A DNA stretch of 64,000 nucleotides from Octopus vulgaris (GCA_951406725.2 OX597817.1:122388001-122452000); one strand, 5' to 3'; positions 1 through 13,300 are shown, counted from the first letter of the stretch. A program made the numbers and translations. The notes: a model not told the origin generated them from the sequence alone.

Positions 1-410
1 AAAAAAAATGAAGGACATATGTGAAGTTACACAACCACAGTGATTACATTCTGTGGGAAAATCCACCAATCGCAATTCACTGTCTAAACAATCAGTAATT
101 AGCAAGCATCAACTTACAAGAGACAAAAATATCGCAACTGTGTTGAAAGAATTAGGAGATTTGTGTTGAAGTACAAACCAAATGAGTTTATTGTTCCACA
201 TTTAAGAGGATTACCTTGTAACTTCTCATCTTAGAAATTCTTTCAAAGGTTTAGCAAAGTATTCATATTTTTAAAATAAATTTTGTGAATAATAAATAGT
301 AAATTAAAAAAAGTTTTTTTATAACTCGTTAATGAAATCATGATATTAATTAATAATCAGCTATTGGTGAATATGATAACTTGTCAATAGGTTGTAACTG
401 AATTTACTAG

Positions 411-540
411 ACATGGCTGTATGGTGAAGATGTTTGCTTCCAAAGTCATGTGGTTTTAGTTTCAGACCCATTGCATAAAACCTTGAGCAAGTCTCCCCTG
501 CTGGAGAAGCAATCCAGTTGACAAATATTGAAAGAAGCAT
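411..540 (+). mobile_element. SINE family A, degenerate 5' head
   Basis: Diverged match to the family A head seen at 1001 (tggctgtatggt...ccttgagcaagt...tgaaagaagc). Confidence 0.65.
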
Positions 541-627
541 GTCATATATCCATTTATGTGTGTGTGTGTGTGTGTGCACAAACTCAAAAGTAGATATGCA
601 TATATATATATATGTATATATCAATAT

Positions 628-785
628 ATGCGGCTGTGTGGTAAGAAGCTTGTTTCCCAGTTACATGGTTCTGGGTTCAATTCCCCTGCATGGCACCCTT
701 GGCAAATGTCTTCTACTATAGCCTTGCACCGACCAAAGCCTTGCAAGTGGATTTGATAGACATAAACTGTAAAGAAGCCCATCGT
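628..785 (+). mobile_element. SINE family A, 5' half
   Basis: ggctgtgtggtaag...ggttcaattccc...ggcacccttggcaaatgtcttctactatagcc...aagaagccc, then (TA)n. Confidence 0.85.
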
Positions 786-786
786 G

Positions 787-821
<35 letters not shown>

Positions 822-1000
822 GTAAAAGGTAAAAGTTTTTATTTTTCAATCACTTTTGGAATTACAACAATTAGTGGCTTGGACGTTAACTGCTCTCTCT
901 AGTGAGTCAGATATCCTATTCTCTGGGTATCTCTTTTGTGTTTGAATGTACACTGTATTCTTCTCTGTATATATATATATATATATACACACACTCTCAT

Positions 1001-1391
1001 GTGGCTGTGTGGTAAGTAGCTTGCTAACCAACCACATGGTTCCGGGTTCAGTCCCACTGCGTGGCATCTTGGGCAAGTGTCTTCTGCTATAGCCTCGGGC
1101 CGACCAATGCCTTGTGAGTGGATTTGGTAGACGGAAACTGAAAGAAGCCTGTTGTATATATGTATATATATATATGTGTGTGTGTGTGTCTGTGTTTGTC
1201 CCCCTAGCATTGCTTGACAACCAATACTGGTGTGTTTACGTCTCCATCACTTAGCGGTTCGGCAAAAAGAGACTGATAGAATAAGTACTGGGCTTACAAA
1301 GAATAAGTCCTGGGGTCGATTTGCTCGACTAAAGGCGGTGCTCCAGCATGGCCGCAATCAACTGACTGAAACAAGTAAAAGAGTAAAAGAG
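1001..1391 (+). mobile_element. SINE family A, full length (tRNA-like head, internal (TA)n(TG)n, GTAAAAGA tail)
   Basis: Pol III A-box-like tggctgtgtggt and B-box-like ggttcagtccc. About 20 full or partial copies occur in the window. Confidence 0.92.
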
Positions 1392-2092
1392 TATATATAC
1401 ATACATACATATATATATGTATATATATATGATAGATTCCCACTCAGTTGCTATAAAATTATTCTATAAACAAATAATAATTCTTTGATAAACAATATGT
1501 ACCTAATTTGCTTGACTAGAAATCCTATACCTTTCTGAGTCAAGTGCACATGTTCAGAGAATTTGTGTTAAATCTGTTAAGAATGGTATTATTGATACCT
1601 GATGTTGTTATTGGGATGAAAAGGCTCATTTCTGTACATACTGAAACCAAACTACAATAGAATCCTAACAGAATAAGTTGGACAGCAAAGTGGAAGGAAA
1701 CGAGACAAATCACATGATAGTGTTTCAGAAAATTAAATACATCATGATAAAATGATAGTAAGATGGTTCCAACTTGACTAAATAATGGCCTATCAATTAA
1801 AGTAAGACTGAGAGAGAAAAGAGAAGCAGAGAGAGAGTTTGATGTCAGAATCTGACAGCGGTGTATTTTAGAACGAATTCTTTACCTCTAACTAACAAGA
1901 TTCCTTAAAAAGTCGTTTTTCTTTTTCTTTTTTTAAAATTTATTATTTCTATCTTTTTATTTTCACTATTACTTCATTTCACCTTTCAGTCAGTCATCTT
2001 GGAGCATTCTAAATTGTTCTCTGTATTTAACTGATAGAGAAGAATGGAATGAGATGACTCAATTACAGTAACAAACAAGCTAAAACATAAAT

Positions 2093-2606
2093 CATCATCA
2101 TCATCTTCATTTAATGTCAATTTTTCTATGCTCGCAGGGGTTGGACGGAGTTTATTGAAGCAGATTTTCTATGCCTGGATGCCTTTCCTGTCCCCGACCC
2201 TTTCTTGTTTCCAAGAAATGTAGTACTTCATCATGGCCAAGCATGTTCTCACGGAATATTGTAAATGAATGACACAGCTTTTATGTAAGTGACAATCTTA
2301 TACAACTATTTGACAATCCCAAAACAAAGATGTACACACACACACACATGCACCCACACACAAACACATACATACATACATACACACACAAACACACGAT
2401 GGGTTTATTTCAGTTTCCATCTACCAAATCCACTCACAAGCATCTGGTCAGCCTGAGGCTATAGTAGAAGACACTTGCTCAAGATGCCGCACAGTGGGAC
2501 TGAACCCAGAACCATGTGGTTGGAAAACAAACTTCTTACCACACAGCAGGACTGAACCCAGAATTATGTGGTTGGAAAGCAAACATCTTACCACAGATCC
2601 ATGTTT
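2093..2606 (-). mobile_element. SINE with family A head and RTE-type (GAT)n tail; head partly duplicated
   Basis: Reverse-complement head at 2400-2606 with a ~51 bp tandem duplication (2497-2597). The 3' half ends in the family C tail and (ATC)n on the + strand. Confidence 0.8.
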
Positions 2607-3751
2607 GTACCATGTTAAATGATAAATTAAAAGGAAAAAAGTAATAGCAGAAGTCAGTGGAAAGTAGATGTAGTAGACAAACAAACTAAGTATCTAGTAT
2701 TACGTTATTTAATTCTACATTCTGAGTTCAAATCTTGCTCAAACCACTTTTGCTTTTCAGCCTTCTGAAGTCTTTCAAAACACTTTCAGATCATTCAGTA
2801 GACTAATATTCTACTCTTAGAAATTTATGGTTTATGGTCAATCTGAAGAATCAATTCAATAAAGCAGGACATATGGCTTCTGTGAGATAGAAATTCATAG
2901 TTTTGGAGTTGAAAAAAAAGAGAAAGCAGCAAATTAAGAGCATTAAAAAAAAAATAATGTATATATTCTATATTTTGTCTCTTAATATCTAAGTCACTAA
3001 CAGATTTTTTGATAAATGAATCAGGGTCTTATTTTTTTTATAAGATATATATGTATGTGTTTGTGTGTGTGTGTGTGTGTAAATATATAAAGCAGCGTTC
3101 TTTTAATAGTTCTGAATTCTGGGAGCAATGCCATATTAAGGTCAGCTGTGATTGATTATTTTATTAAAATCTAGATAATAAATGTTTTTTCTTCTTTGGG
3201 TTTTCTTTTCATGTGATTTTTTTTTTTCTCCTTCATATTTGTAAGTAATGATTTCTCAAAGACACTATACTCAAAGAAAATTTTTGTATAACCCTGCACA
3301 CACACACACACAAGCCACACACATACATACATACACACATGATGTCTACAAGTGAAAGAATAAAGTACTCAACATCCTTTGTATAGTTTATATATAATTG
3401 TATTAACAGATTGACTTAATATCACTTTACTTAAAGATTCACAGTATTGGAGAAAAAAAACACTCTTGATCATTTGGATGCTTGGTTCTGAGTGGCAAGG
3501 GTTTCATAACAGCTAAATATAGCTTGTTATCTTCGGATGATCAGTAGCATTCGTTTTCATTGAGTGACAGGTTCAGATCATACTGCAGGATTGTTTGCAG
3601 TGGACAGCTATTGACTCCAATAAAATATTGGCTACTAACTGCTACTGTTTGTATATATATATATGTATGTATATAATATTCAATCTTTCTTTGCCCCTTG
3701 AACTTGAAAAGCAGCCATTATGGTAAGTAAAAGTAAAAGAACATTATCCAT

Positions 3752-4150
3752 AGGCGTAGGAGTGGCTGTATGGTAAGTAGCTTGCTGATGAACTACATGG
3801 TTCTAGGTTCAGTCCCACTGCATGGCACCTCGGGCAAGTGTCTTCTACTATATATTTCTTTACTACCCACAAGGGGCTAAACACAGAGGGGTCAGACAAA
3901 GGGATTAAATCGATTACATCAACCCCAGTGCGTAACTGGTACTTAATTTATCGACCCCAAAAGGATGAAAGGCAAAGTCGACCTCGGCGGAATTTGAACT
4001 CGGAACGCAACGACAGACAAAATACGGCTACGAATTTCGCCCGGCGTGCTAACGTTTCTACCAGCTCGCCACCTTCTACTATAGCCTCGGGCCGACCAAA
4101 GACTTGTGAGTGGATTTGGATGACAGAAACAGAAAGAAGCCTGTTGTATA

Positions 4151-4195
<45 letters not shown>

Positions 4196-4400
4196 ATATG
4201 TTTGTGTTTGTCCCCCCAACATCACTTGACAACCGATGCTGGTATGTTTACATCCCCGTAACTTAGCAGTTCAGCAAAAGAGACTGATAGAATAAGTACT
4301 ATTCTTACAAAGAATAAGTCCTGGGGTCGATTTGCTTGACTAAAAGCAGTGCTCCAGCATGGCCACAGTCAAATGACTGAAACAAGTAAGTAAAGAGAGT
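3752..4400 (+). mobile_element. SINE family A interrupted by a family B SINE
   Basis: The family A sequence breaks at 3852 and resumes at 4073. Confidence 0.9.
3853..4072 (-). mobile_element. SINE family B, young full-length copy nested in family A
   Basis: Reverse complement of the 43319 copy. 11-bp TSD cttctactata at 3842-3852 and 4073-4083. Confidence 0.92.
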
Positions 4401-4957
4401 AATCATAACTGGACATACAAATTTTATTGGAAGCAGTGAGAGATGATGGTTATTGTCGCGAACATAAAGCAAATATCAACATGAGTGATAACAAGGCAGC
4501 AGAGAAGAAGGAAAGCCACTGAATTTAGTTAGAAAGAGTTGATGAGAAATGGTTAGAAGGATACTGATTGAAGCCTAATAACCATTTAATTTAGCAAGTG
4601 GGGTCTTATCTCAGTGAAGGGTGTCAGTGTACAATAATGCCATCAAAAGGAAGGCTCTGAATTGATGTGCATTCTCACTTGATGACCCCATAAGCCAGCT
4701 AGTGTCTGGTACATGGAGCTTTCAATTGGTAGCGCTTGTGTCTGCTAGGTTATTTGCAATTAATATAAATATGCATCATTGTTTTAATGTTCCTTTTTCA
4801 TGCTTGCATAAGTCAGAGTTTATTAAGGCAAATATTTTATAGCTAGATGCACTTCCAGTTCCCAACCCTTACCTATTTCCAACAAAGGTAATATTTTCCC
4901 ATGGCCAGACGTTGTTGTAGAATATTTTCAATATCCTGTGAACAACCAAAAACAAAT

Positions 4958-5350
4958 AAAATTATCAACCATCTTACAAACAATAACTCTGAGCACCTTT
5001 TCAAACTCCACCCGGTTAGCCTCCGTGGACATATTTACAAAGTCAGAAAACAGCACAGCTCCCATGACTTTAGGAAACATTTTTTCACACTGAGAGTTGC
5101 TGAAGCATGGAACAAACTGCCGGCATCGGTTGTTAATTGTCGGAGCACTGCATCCTTTAAAACTTCCATGCTTTCTGAGATTTGCCAATGCTACGCCTGA
5201 TTTCCTCCCCTCCATACACACACAAGCATGTATCTGACTCATACATTGTTCGCTTTCCAGACATTTGTACATTACTGCATACACTTTATACGCACTTTCT
5301 GACAAGTTGTGGTGCACCTGAGCACTGTATACAATAATTTCATTATTATT
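4958..5350 (+). mobile_element. CR1-type LINE 3' end (ORF2 C-terminus, 3'UTR, (TTA)n tail)
   Basis: Translation RGHIYKVRK...RKHFFTLRVAEAWNKLPASVVNCRSTASFK matches the CR1-clade RT C-terminal signature. Stop at 5200. It sits inside an old minus-strand SINE. Confidence 0.88.
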
Positions 5351-5466
5351 ATGTCAAAACAAGGAGGCACAAACATATACATAGTCTCTCACACACACAC
5401 AAAGAGAATACAAATAGTGTTTAAAATTTATGACAGCTGTTTTTGTAGAATTTTATTGATATATGT

Positions 5467-6423
5467 AGGCGCAGGAGTGGCTGTGTGGTAAGTAGCTTGC
5501 TTACCAACTACATAGTCCCGGGTTCAGTCCTACTGCATGGCACCTAGGTCAAGTGTCTTCTACTATAGCCTCGTGCTGACCACAGCCTTGTGAGTGGATT
5601 TGGTAGACAGAAACTGAAAGAAGCTCATCGTATATATGTATATATATGTGTGTGTATATGTTTGTGTGTCTCTTTGTCCCCCCCCCCCCAGCATCGCTCG
5701 ACAACCGATGCCGGTATGTTTATGTCTTGCTAACAGGCTCCAGGTCTGATGTATGCAGCATCGGATCCTACTACTGGTAAACTGTAAACCAGTACAACCT
5801 GTGTCAGTGGGGTAGAAAGGGCTCCTTAGCCGTAGTGAAGGCAATCTATCTAGGGAGATAACCTTACAATAAATCACTTGGTCCGTAGCTTAGAAATACT
5901 GGGTTGACATCCAGCGGGAACAGCTTTGTTTCATGGAGGAGGAAAGATCTTCTTTAGTACTTGGTTGTACAATGCTTTCCAATGTGTGTAGTAGTGGCGT
6001 GCGCACACATTATTAGCCATTTGAAAAGACTATGGAATTTACAATTAACTGCACCAGGGTTCCTCTTCCCCAGGGAACCAGACCTAATAGTATACCTGCG
6101 GATATAAGTCCAGCCCCTGCTTTGCTGAGTCCTGTCTCTGATCACTTTCTCCAGGGATACAGGCATCCAGCAACAGGACCTCCGTAATGCCATGATGGAT
6201 CGTGAAATCTGGCGTAGCGTGGTAAATTCCATTGTCTCGACCACGGTCGAACAATGATGATGATGATGTTTATGTCCCCATAACTTAGCAGTTTGGCAAA
6301 AGAGACTGATAGACTAAGTACTAAGCATCTAAAGAATAAGTCCTGGGGTCGATTTGCTCGACTAAAGGTGGTGCTCCAGCATGGCCACAGTCAAATGACG
6401 TAAAAGAGTAAAAGAGTAAAAGA
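5467..6423 (+). mobile_element. SINE family A interrupted by an RTE-derived insertion
   Basis: The family A sequence breaks at 5726 and resumes at 6266. Confidence 0.9.
5727..6265 (+). mobile_element. Non-autonomous RTE/RTEX-like retroposon
   Basis: 11-bp TSD atgtttatgtc (5716-5726 and 6266-6276). 6150-6257 encodes SRDTGIQQQDLRNAMMDREIWRSVVNSIVSTTVEQ*, an RTE-like ORF end. (GAT)n tail. Confidence 0.82.
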
Positions 6424-6428
6424 ATATC

Positions 6429-6640
6429 CATAGAATACATCATTGCATACAATCCACCATTTTCAGGTAAAATTTTAAACAGGTAAGACATTGGATTTTT
6501 CTGGTTTCATGAATGAAATCTCACCTGTATGAACTCTTACCTATTTAAAATTTTACCTGAAGATGGTGGATTATATATTATGATGCAGTCTATGACTACA
6601 TCAATGAAATTCTATGGAACAGCTGCTGTAAATTTTAAAC
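6429..6640 (+). mobile_element. Fold-back element with degenerate hammerhead-like motif (putative PLE derivative)
   Basis: Inverted arms at 6429-6488 and 6535-6594. Motif TTTAC-CTGAAGA-long stem II-GGAA-CAGCTG-CT-GTAAA at 6552-6632. Confidence 0.5.
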
Positions 6641-7151
6641 ACCATTTGTGCTCTCTTTTTATACCTATGCCACATCTGGAACCAACCCTACAGTCAGATC
6701 TTCTGTTTACATTGGATTTGGTACAGTGAGATAGGGGTGAATATAAGTGAAGTGATAAATCATTTTCATTGTTCTCCCTTCTATTCAATTTAACTTTCAT
6801 GTGAGAAAGTTGTAATTATAACTTAGTATGGCATGGCTAAAGTGTGAATACCTATCATCCGATTTTTATATAATGAGTTTATAATTTTCTGTCTAAGCAT
6901 TTTCTTTCATTTATATGTGTTGTTTTCTGTCTAGTTCATTTATTTCTAAATTTTGACAAGATTGTTCATCATTGAACTCAAATGATATTACTGGTCTTAT
7001 CAGAATTTTTTCCCCAACACAACCACATTGTTTGAGACAAAATTTCATACCAATTTCTTTACTGTATATATACGTAAACTATATAAAGAGAATATCTTTT
7101 GTTCATATAATACTGTAGATAATGATGATGGTGGTTGCTTCTAGTTTAGGT

Positions 7152-7320
7152 ACATCATCATTATCATCACTATCATTGCTTAACGTTTGCCTTCCATGCT
7201 GGCATGGGTGGGATGGTTTGCCAGGAGCTGGCCAGGTAGGAGCCTGCATCACACTTCTGTAATTGTTTTGGCAGAATTTTTACAGCTGGATGCCCTCCCT
7301 AAAACCAACCACTAAACAGA
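7152..7320 (-). mobile_element. Family C RTE-tailed short retroposon
   Basis: (ATC)n...ttccatgctggcatgggt...cagctggatgccct, as in the other family C copies. Confidence 0.75.
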
Positions 7321-7427
7321 GTAGCTATTTCAAGAAAGGAAATTAGTCAATTATATTGACTAATTTTATTGACCACTAGCAGAGATACCCATCATTGCTC
7401 AGGATTAAAATGGCATAGTTTTTTTTT

Positions 7428-7625
7428 ATCACTTTACTTCTTTCAGTCATGTAACTGCAGTCCTGCTGGAGCACTGCCTTTAGTCAAAGAAATTGACCCC
7501 AGGCTATATTCTTTGTAATCCTAGTACTTATTCTATCGGTGTCTTTTGCTGAACTACTAAGTTACAGGGATGTAAGCTCAGCAACATCGGTTGTCAAGCA
7601 ATGGTGGAGGTACAAACACAGACAC
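7428..7625 (-). mobile_element. SINE family A, 3' half
   Basis: Reverse complement of the family A tail (agtacttattctatcgg...gcaacatcggttgtcaagc). Confidence 0.8.
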
Positions 7626-7724
7626 ACACAATATATATATATACACACAATATACAATATATATATATACAAACATATATATATGTACACACATATATAT
7701 ATATATATACAGCTCATTTTCTCT

Positions 7725-7954
7725 AATAATAACCCTTTCTACTGTAGGCACACTGCCTGAAATTTGGGGGAAGGGGGATAGTTGATTATATCGACCCCAG
7801 TACTTAACTGGTACTTATTTTATTGAGCCTGAAAGGACAAAAGGCAAAGTTAGCCTCAGTAGAATTTGAGCCTAGTAGATAAAGATGGATGAAATTCCAC
7901 TAGGAACTTTGCTCAGCATGCTAGTGATTCTGCCAGCTTGCTGCCTTAGTGGTG

Positions 7955-7990
<36 letters not shown>

Positions 7991-8420
7991 AGAAGAAGAA
8001 CAACCACAACAACAACAATAACAAGAGCAACAACAACAATGGTTTCAAATTTTGCCACAAGGGCAGTAATTTGAGGGGAATTGAATATGACAACCCCAGT
8101 GCACCATGAATACTTATTTTGTCGATCCCAAAAGGATGAAAGGCAAAATCAACTGTGGCAGAATTTGAACTCAAAACGTCTTCGACTGATGAAATATCAG
8201 CAAGTATTTTGTCCAGCATGCTAAAAATGCTGCCAGCTCACTGCCTTAGCACATGACCTAAAATTTCAAGGGGAAGGTGTCAGGTCAATTACATCAACCC
8301 CATTACATGATTGGTACTTTATTTTATCAAACTTGGAGTGATCTGAATTAAGAGTATGGAAAAAGCCAGAGAAATGCTGCCAAGCATTTTACCATATGTA
8401 CTAGCAATTCTACCAGCACA
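7725..8420 (-). mobile_element. Head-to-tail cluster of three family B SINEs
   Basis: Three copies of accccag...tactt...aaaggcaaa...agaatttga...ccagc. (GTA)n/(AAC)n runs separate the first two. Confidence 0.75.
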
Positions 8421-10959
8421 CCATATTCATAATAATATTAGATGTTGGATTGGCAAAATCGATAATGACAATCATGATCAATAAATCAATTTTCATTTAG
8501 TCCCAAGTCAATTAGAACCTAGGATTAAATGAATAACAAACAAGTAATGCCCCCTGAGCATTTGTACTTAATGAACCCTCTAGGGAGTCTTAAAATATTT
8601 ATATAACCTGCTAGAAATAGCAGCTGAAAGCCCTTCCTCACTCAAATTTCACACTTTATCAAATTACAAGATGGAATGTACTTTGAATAGCATAGTTCAA
8701 GATGAATTTTCCCAAAAAGAAGTCAGTATGTTAATAGCTGGAATGTCTTTGATAATATGGTTTGTAGATTACTGTTGTGCTGGGTCTTAATAATTTAGTG
8801 TATATATATATATAATCATACATGTGAATAACTGAAACTGATTTTCCAATAAAACCAATTTAAAAACAATGGGGAAAAGGTGTTTTTCATATTTCATTTA
8901 TCCTCTAACCAATGTTTTCATCAGCTCATATTAGTATCGTAAACAATACAACGTGAAAATCATCATTTGACTAAATTTACAGCCAATCAGGAATATTTAA
9001 GCATTCAAAAAAATAATAAATAAATATATATATATTTATAATAATGAAAAAAAATTGTTTTAAAAAATCAAACAAAAATGTAAGAAATAAATAAAATACA
9101 AACACAATTACATGAATATCTCATATTTCTAACAACACACTTGAGAATAGTGAAAATAGATGCGTGATCAATTTGTAACTGTGGGATGTAATATGAATCA
9201 CAGGAAATTACTATCTTGCTCCCTGCAGATTTACACATAAGATTATATAGCAATTCAAATAACCAAATATATTTCAAACTCAATTATAGTGGTGGTGTTT
9301 TAATGATACATTTATAAACATTAATAGATTTCTATTTATATAATGTTGAGATATTACATATATGGACAAAATTATGTAAAAACACAAAAAAAAAATGAAA
9401 ATAAATAATAAAATGGAAAAATCAGAAAGAAAAGAATTCCAAGCTTCCCCTTTTTTTTATGGAAGAGTGAATTTACTTCATATTATGATGGACTAGCAAC
9501 CATACCCAAAATACTAAGACCGATGATACTTAAGTTCTTGTCTTCAATTCTATAGTAAAACCTTACATATATAAGAGGATTGCATGTGGATTTAGCTTAC
9601 CAAAGATTAAGTTTATCCACATATCTAAGCCTTTTATTCGAGAATCTGAATAGATAGTGCATATATCCTCCTCTTTCTAAATACAGCCAAACACATGGAA
9701 ATGTATTTTGCTTGTAATATATTTCATTGTTGTAGAAACCTTCTAACGTTGTAATATATACCAGACCTGTCTTTGGTATTTTTGTTAGTAGAGAGACTCA
9801 TTACTGAAAGACTTCTCACAGAATTCTAATCAGTTTTTTGGCTTGCTGGCAGTGGTTCTAAACTGGTAGAGGGCACTACACTGCATATCCTCTTAATACT
9901 TTCTATTGGAAAGTACTGGTTTTTATTTATACTTCTCCTAAACAACTTAATATTCTCTGTTCATTATGTTACATCAATGAAGCCTTGACCATTTTCCTAT
10001 TTAGCAACAACAATTACAATAATGATTTATTATTGGTTACAGTAGTCACATAATGTAAAAACATGTCATATGGAAGAGTTTGAAAATAATTTCATAGACA
10101 ATAAATTTGGGAAGCAGGACAAAAAAATATAACAACAAAAAAAAACAGGTTTAAGATTTAATTTATATAAAGAAACAAAAACACCAACCCACAAAGGGAT
10201 GTGAAATAGACCCAAAGGGAATATCAGAACACTCAACAACACTGTCTTCTACTGTAAAGGGTTCTTTCTTCTCTCCTTACTGTAACCTGCTATTTGGAAT
10301 AACAATACTAGAAATGACTTTTCTATTGGCCTCAGGGACCCATGACATTAAAGACCACATAATAAACTACAAAGTAAAACATCAAACAAGACACAGTAAA
10401 AGAGTTATATAAAATAAAAAATCATAGGATCAAGCAGACAAAATGATCCATTAATAGATATATAATGATATAAATCAGTAAAGTCTATTTGCCAATGCAA
10501 CGTGGCAGTCCTACACAGGACGATGTTACTACTTTTTAGCCCCAGGAAAACATCTTTTCCAGCTGGTTACTGACACATGATCTGTGACCATATAATATAA
10601 ATCAAGTTTCAGTTAATTACTTAGTCTTTTGTTAATCCATTTACATCCGGGATGTAATATAGGGATAGTGAACTGACTCCAGTACGTCACAAGAATTCTA
10701 TTTTATCAACTTCACTAGAATGAAAGGCAACATTTTCCTTGACAGAATTTCAACTCAGAACATAAACAGCTGTAACTGAATAACTGCAGGCATTTTCTTT
10801 TGTGATCTAATGATTCTGACAATCAAGATGAGAAGAATTTTGAAACGAATCTCAGCACAATTTACACTCAATCTGGAAGAAAAAAAACTGAATAATATTA
10901 ACCCTTTCCTTTGATGATCTAGCACTTCTCTTACTAAATAACAACAACAACAACAACGA

Positions 10960-11590
10960 TAATGATTTCTGATTTAGAAACAAGGCCAACAGCTTTGAGG
11001 AAAGGAAGTTAGTCAATATCACTGAGCCAAATCCAAACTGGTACATTATTTTATCGAAAGTCAAGATAAAAAAGGAGAGATGACTTTTGTGGAATTTACA
11101 CCTAGAATGTGAAAAGTGGGATGAATACAGCAAAGCATTTTGTCCAATGCTTGAAAGGTCTGAACCAATCCACCATCTAAGTAATCATAATAGTAGTAAT
11201 TTTTTTCTAAAGGCACAAGGCCTGAAATTTGGGGAAAGGGACTTGTCAATTACACCAAGCCCAGTGCTCGACTGGCATTAATTCATTAATATTGAAAAGA
11301 TTAAAGGCCAAGTCACGCTTAGCAGAATTTGAACTTATAATGTAAAGATAGAATAGATGCTGTTATGTATTTTGTCTGGCATGTTAATAATTATGTCAGC
11401 TCACCATCTTAATAATAATAATAATCCTTTCTACTATAGGCACAAAGATTGAAATTTTGGGGGAGAGGTGAGTTGATTACATCAACCCCAGCACTCAACT
11501 GGTACTTATTTCATCAACCCCAAAAGGCAATATTGACCTTGGCAAAATTTTAACTCAGAACTTATAACAGTTATGCCAGCTCACTGTCTG
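10960..11590 (-). mobile_element. Head-to-tail cluster of three old family B SINEs
   Basis: Repeated ggcacaaggcctgaaattt...ccccag...actggtac...aattt modules separated by (AAT)n. Confidence 0.7.
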
Positions 11591-11597
11591 AATAATA

Positions 11598-11659
<62 letters not shown>

Positions 11660-12188
11660 TGTCCTGATGCAGTACCAGGCAGTGGCTCTTAACTGATTGG
11701 AAGTGTTATCATGTACATTGTTTTGTCTTGGTATAAAAGATGGGCTTGAGCAAATATTCTGCTCAATACCACAGATTTGCTTGTCAGTTGTTTGACCTTA
11801 ACCAGTTGAGCATGTCCCTTAGTGGTTGACGTGCATCTCTGATCATGAGCAGAAGTAGTAGGGGAGCATCATAGCCATGTGTTGAGAGGAATTCTTGAGG
11901 GTTTGAATAATTCACCTTTGGAAACATGGGTATTTCGTTCAACATCCTTAAACAACCCTTATTCAGGGACCTTTTGAGTGGGATGGGTTACTCAACAAGA
12001 AGAAAATTCTAACTGGGCTCCACCTGCAAGGTCATGCGCTGTTTATCTTGATATGAGATGACCATGTTGCGCACTAAGGGACATGCTCAACTGGTTCTGA
12101 TGTATGTGCCTAGTGTACCCTTATCAGACAGGTAGTCATGATGGGTATACTGAGCTTTGTATATTTTACCCTAGTGTCACTTGATGGC
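11660..12188. mobile_element. ~530 bp insertion in an (AAT)n microsatellite, with an internal 25-bp perfect inverted repeat
   Basis: Block of higher GC with sharp edges and (AAT)n on both sides. aaccagttgagcatgtcccttagtg (11800-11824) is inverted at 12072-12096. Confidence 0.6.
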
Positions 12189-12712
12189 AATAATAATAAT
12201 AATAATAACAATAATAATAATGATAAGGGTTTCAAATTTTTACACAGAGCCAGCAACTCAGGGGGAAGACAAGCTTGCCACCCTAACAATAATAGATGTT
12301 TCCAGCATGAGATATTCCAGTCATATCTTCATATGCTAGTATGTCTTTGGATGATTATTTTGCAGCTATTTTTCCATACAAATCTAGAAATTAATGACCT
12401 TCTCGCCACCTGCAGAAAAAAAAAGCATGTAAATCACTCAGCTATATTTGCTATTATTTTTAATCTTTATATTATTAATTAGTAGTTTAGAGTTATGCAT
12501 AATAATAGACTTAAATAAAAATGGATGTTTTGAAGACAGACAAAAAAAGATATTTGCTAAAATAGCAGCTGGTGCTAAGAGACACTAACTAACCAATTGT
12601 TGCTATTTCCTGTAAATTGTTAAAACAGCAATCTTTACAATTGCAAATATAAAAAGTAAAAAATAAAAGAAACCCCAAAAATGCTGATTATTTCAAAGAA
12701 TATATTGTGGTA

Positions 12713-12744
<32 letters not shown>

Positions 12745-12746
<2 letters not shown>

Positions 12747-12978
12747 GTAATGGTTTCAAATTTTGCCACAAGGGCAGCAGTTTTGGGGCTAGGAATGAGT
12801 CAATTACATCGACCTCAGTGTTCAGTTGGTGCTTATTTTATTGACCCCAAAAGAATGAAAGGTAAAGCCGACTTCAGCGGAATTTGAACTCGTAATGTAC
12901 CAATGGGCGAAATACAGCTAAGCATTTCCTCCAGCACACTAATGATTCTGCTAGCTTGTCACTTTAATGATGATGATG

Positions 12979-13010
<32 letters not shown>

Positions 13011-13300
13011 CGTAATCCTTTCTACTCTAGGCACAAGGCCTGAAATTTTTGGGGAAGGAGTAAGTCAATTACATCGGCTGCAGTGCAAAACTGGGGTTTA
13101 CTTTATTGACCCCAAACGGATGAAAGACAAATCGACTCAGCAGAATTTGAACTTAGAATGTCAAGGCAGACGAAATGCCACTAAGCATTTGGTCCAGGAC
13201 ACTAATGATTCTGCCAGCTCACCACCTTAAGACATAAAGATGGGCAAAACACCACTAAGCATTTTGCCCGGTGTGTTAATGATTTTGCCAGCTTACTAGC
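12745..13300 (-). mobile_element. Cluster of family B SINEs
   Basis: Two full copies plus a repeated 5' fragment, separated by (AAT)n. Confidence 0.78.

Noticed and set aside
1001-1075. tRNA gene
   Set aside because: It has A/B-box-like motifs but no complete cloverleaf. It is the SINE head, present in many copies.
7872-8219. 115-aa ORF with a hydrophobic, transmembrane-like stretch
   Set aside because: It is made of two SINE fragments plus (TTG)n/(CTA)n repeats.
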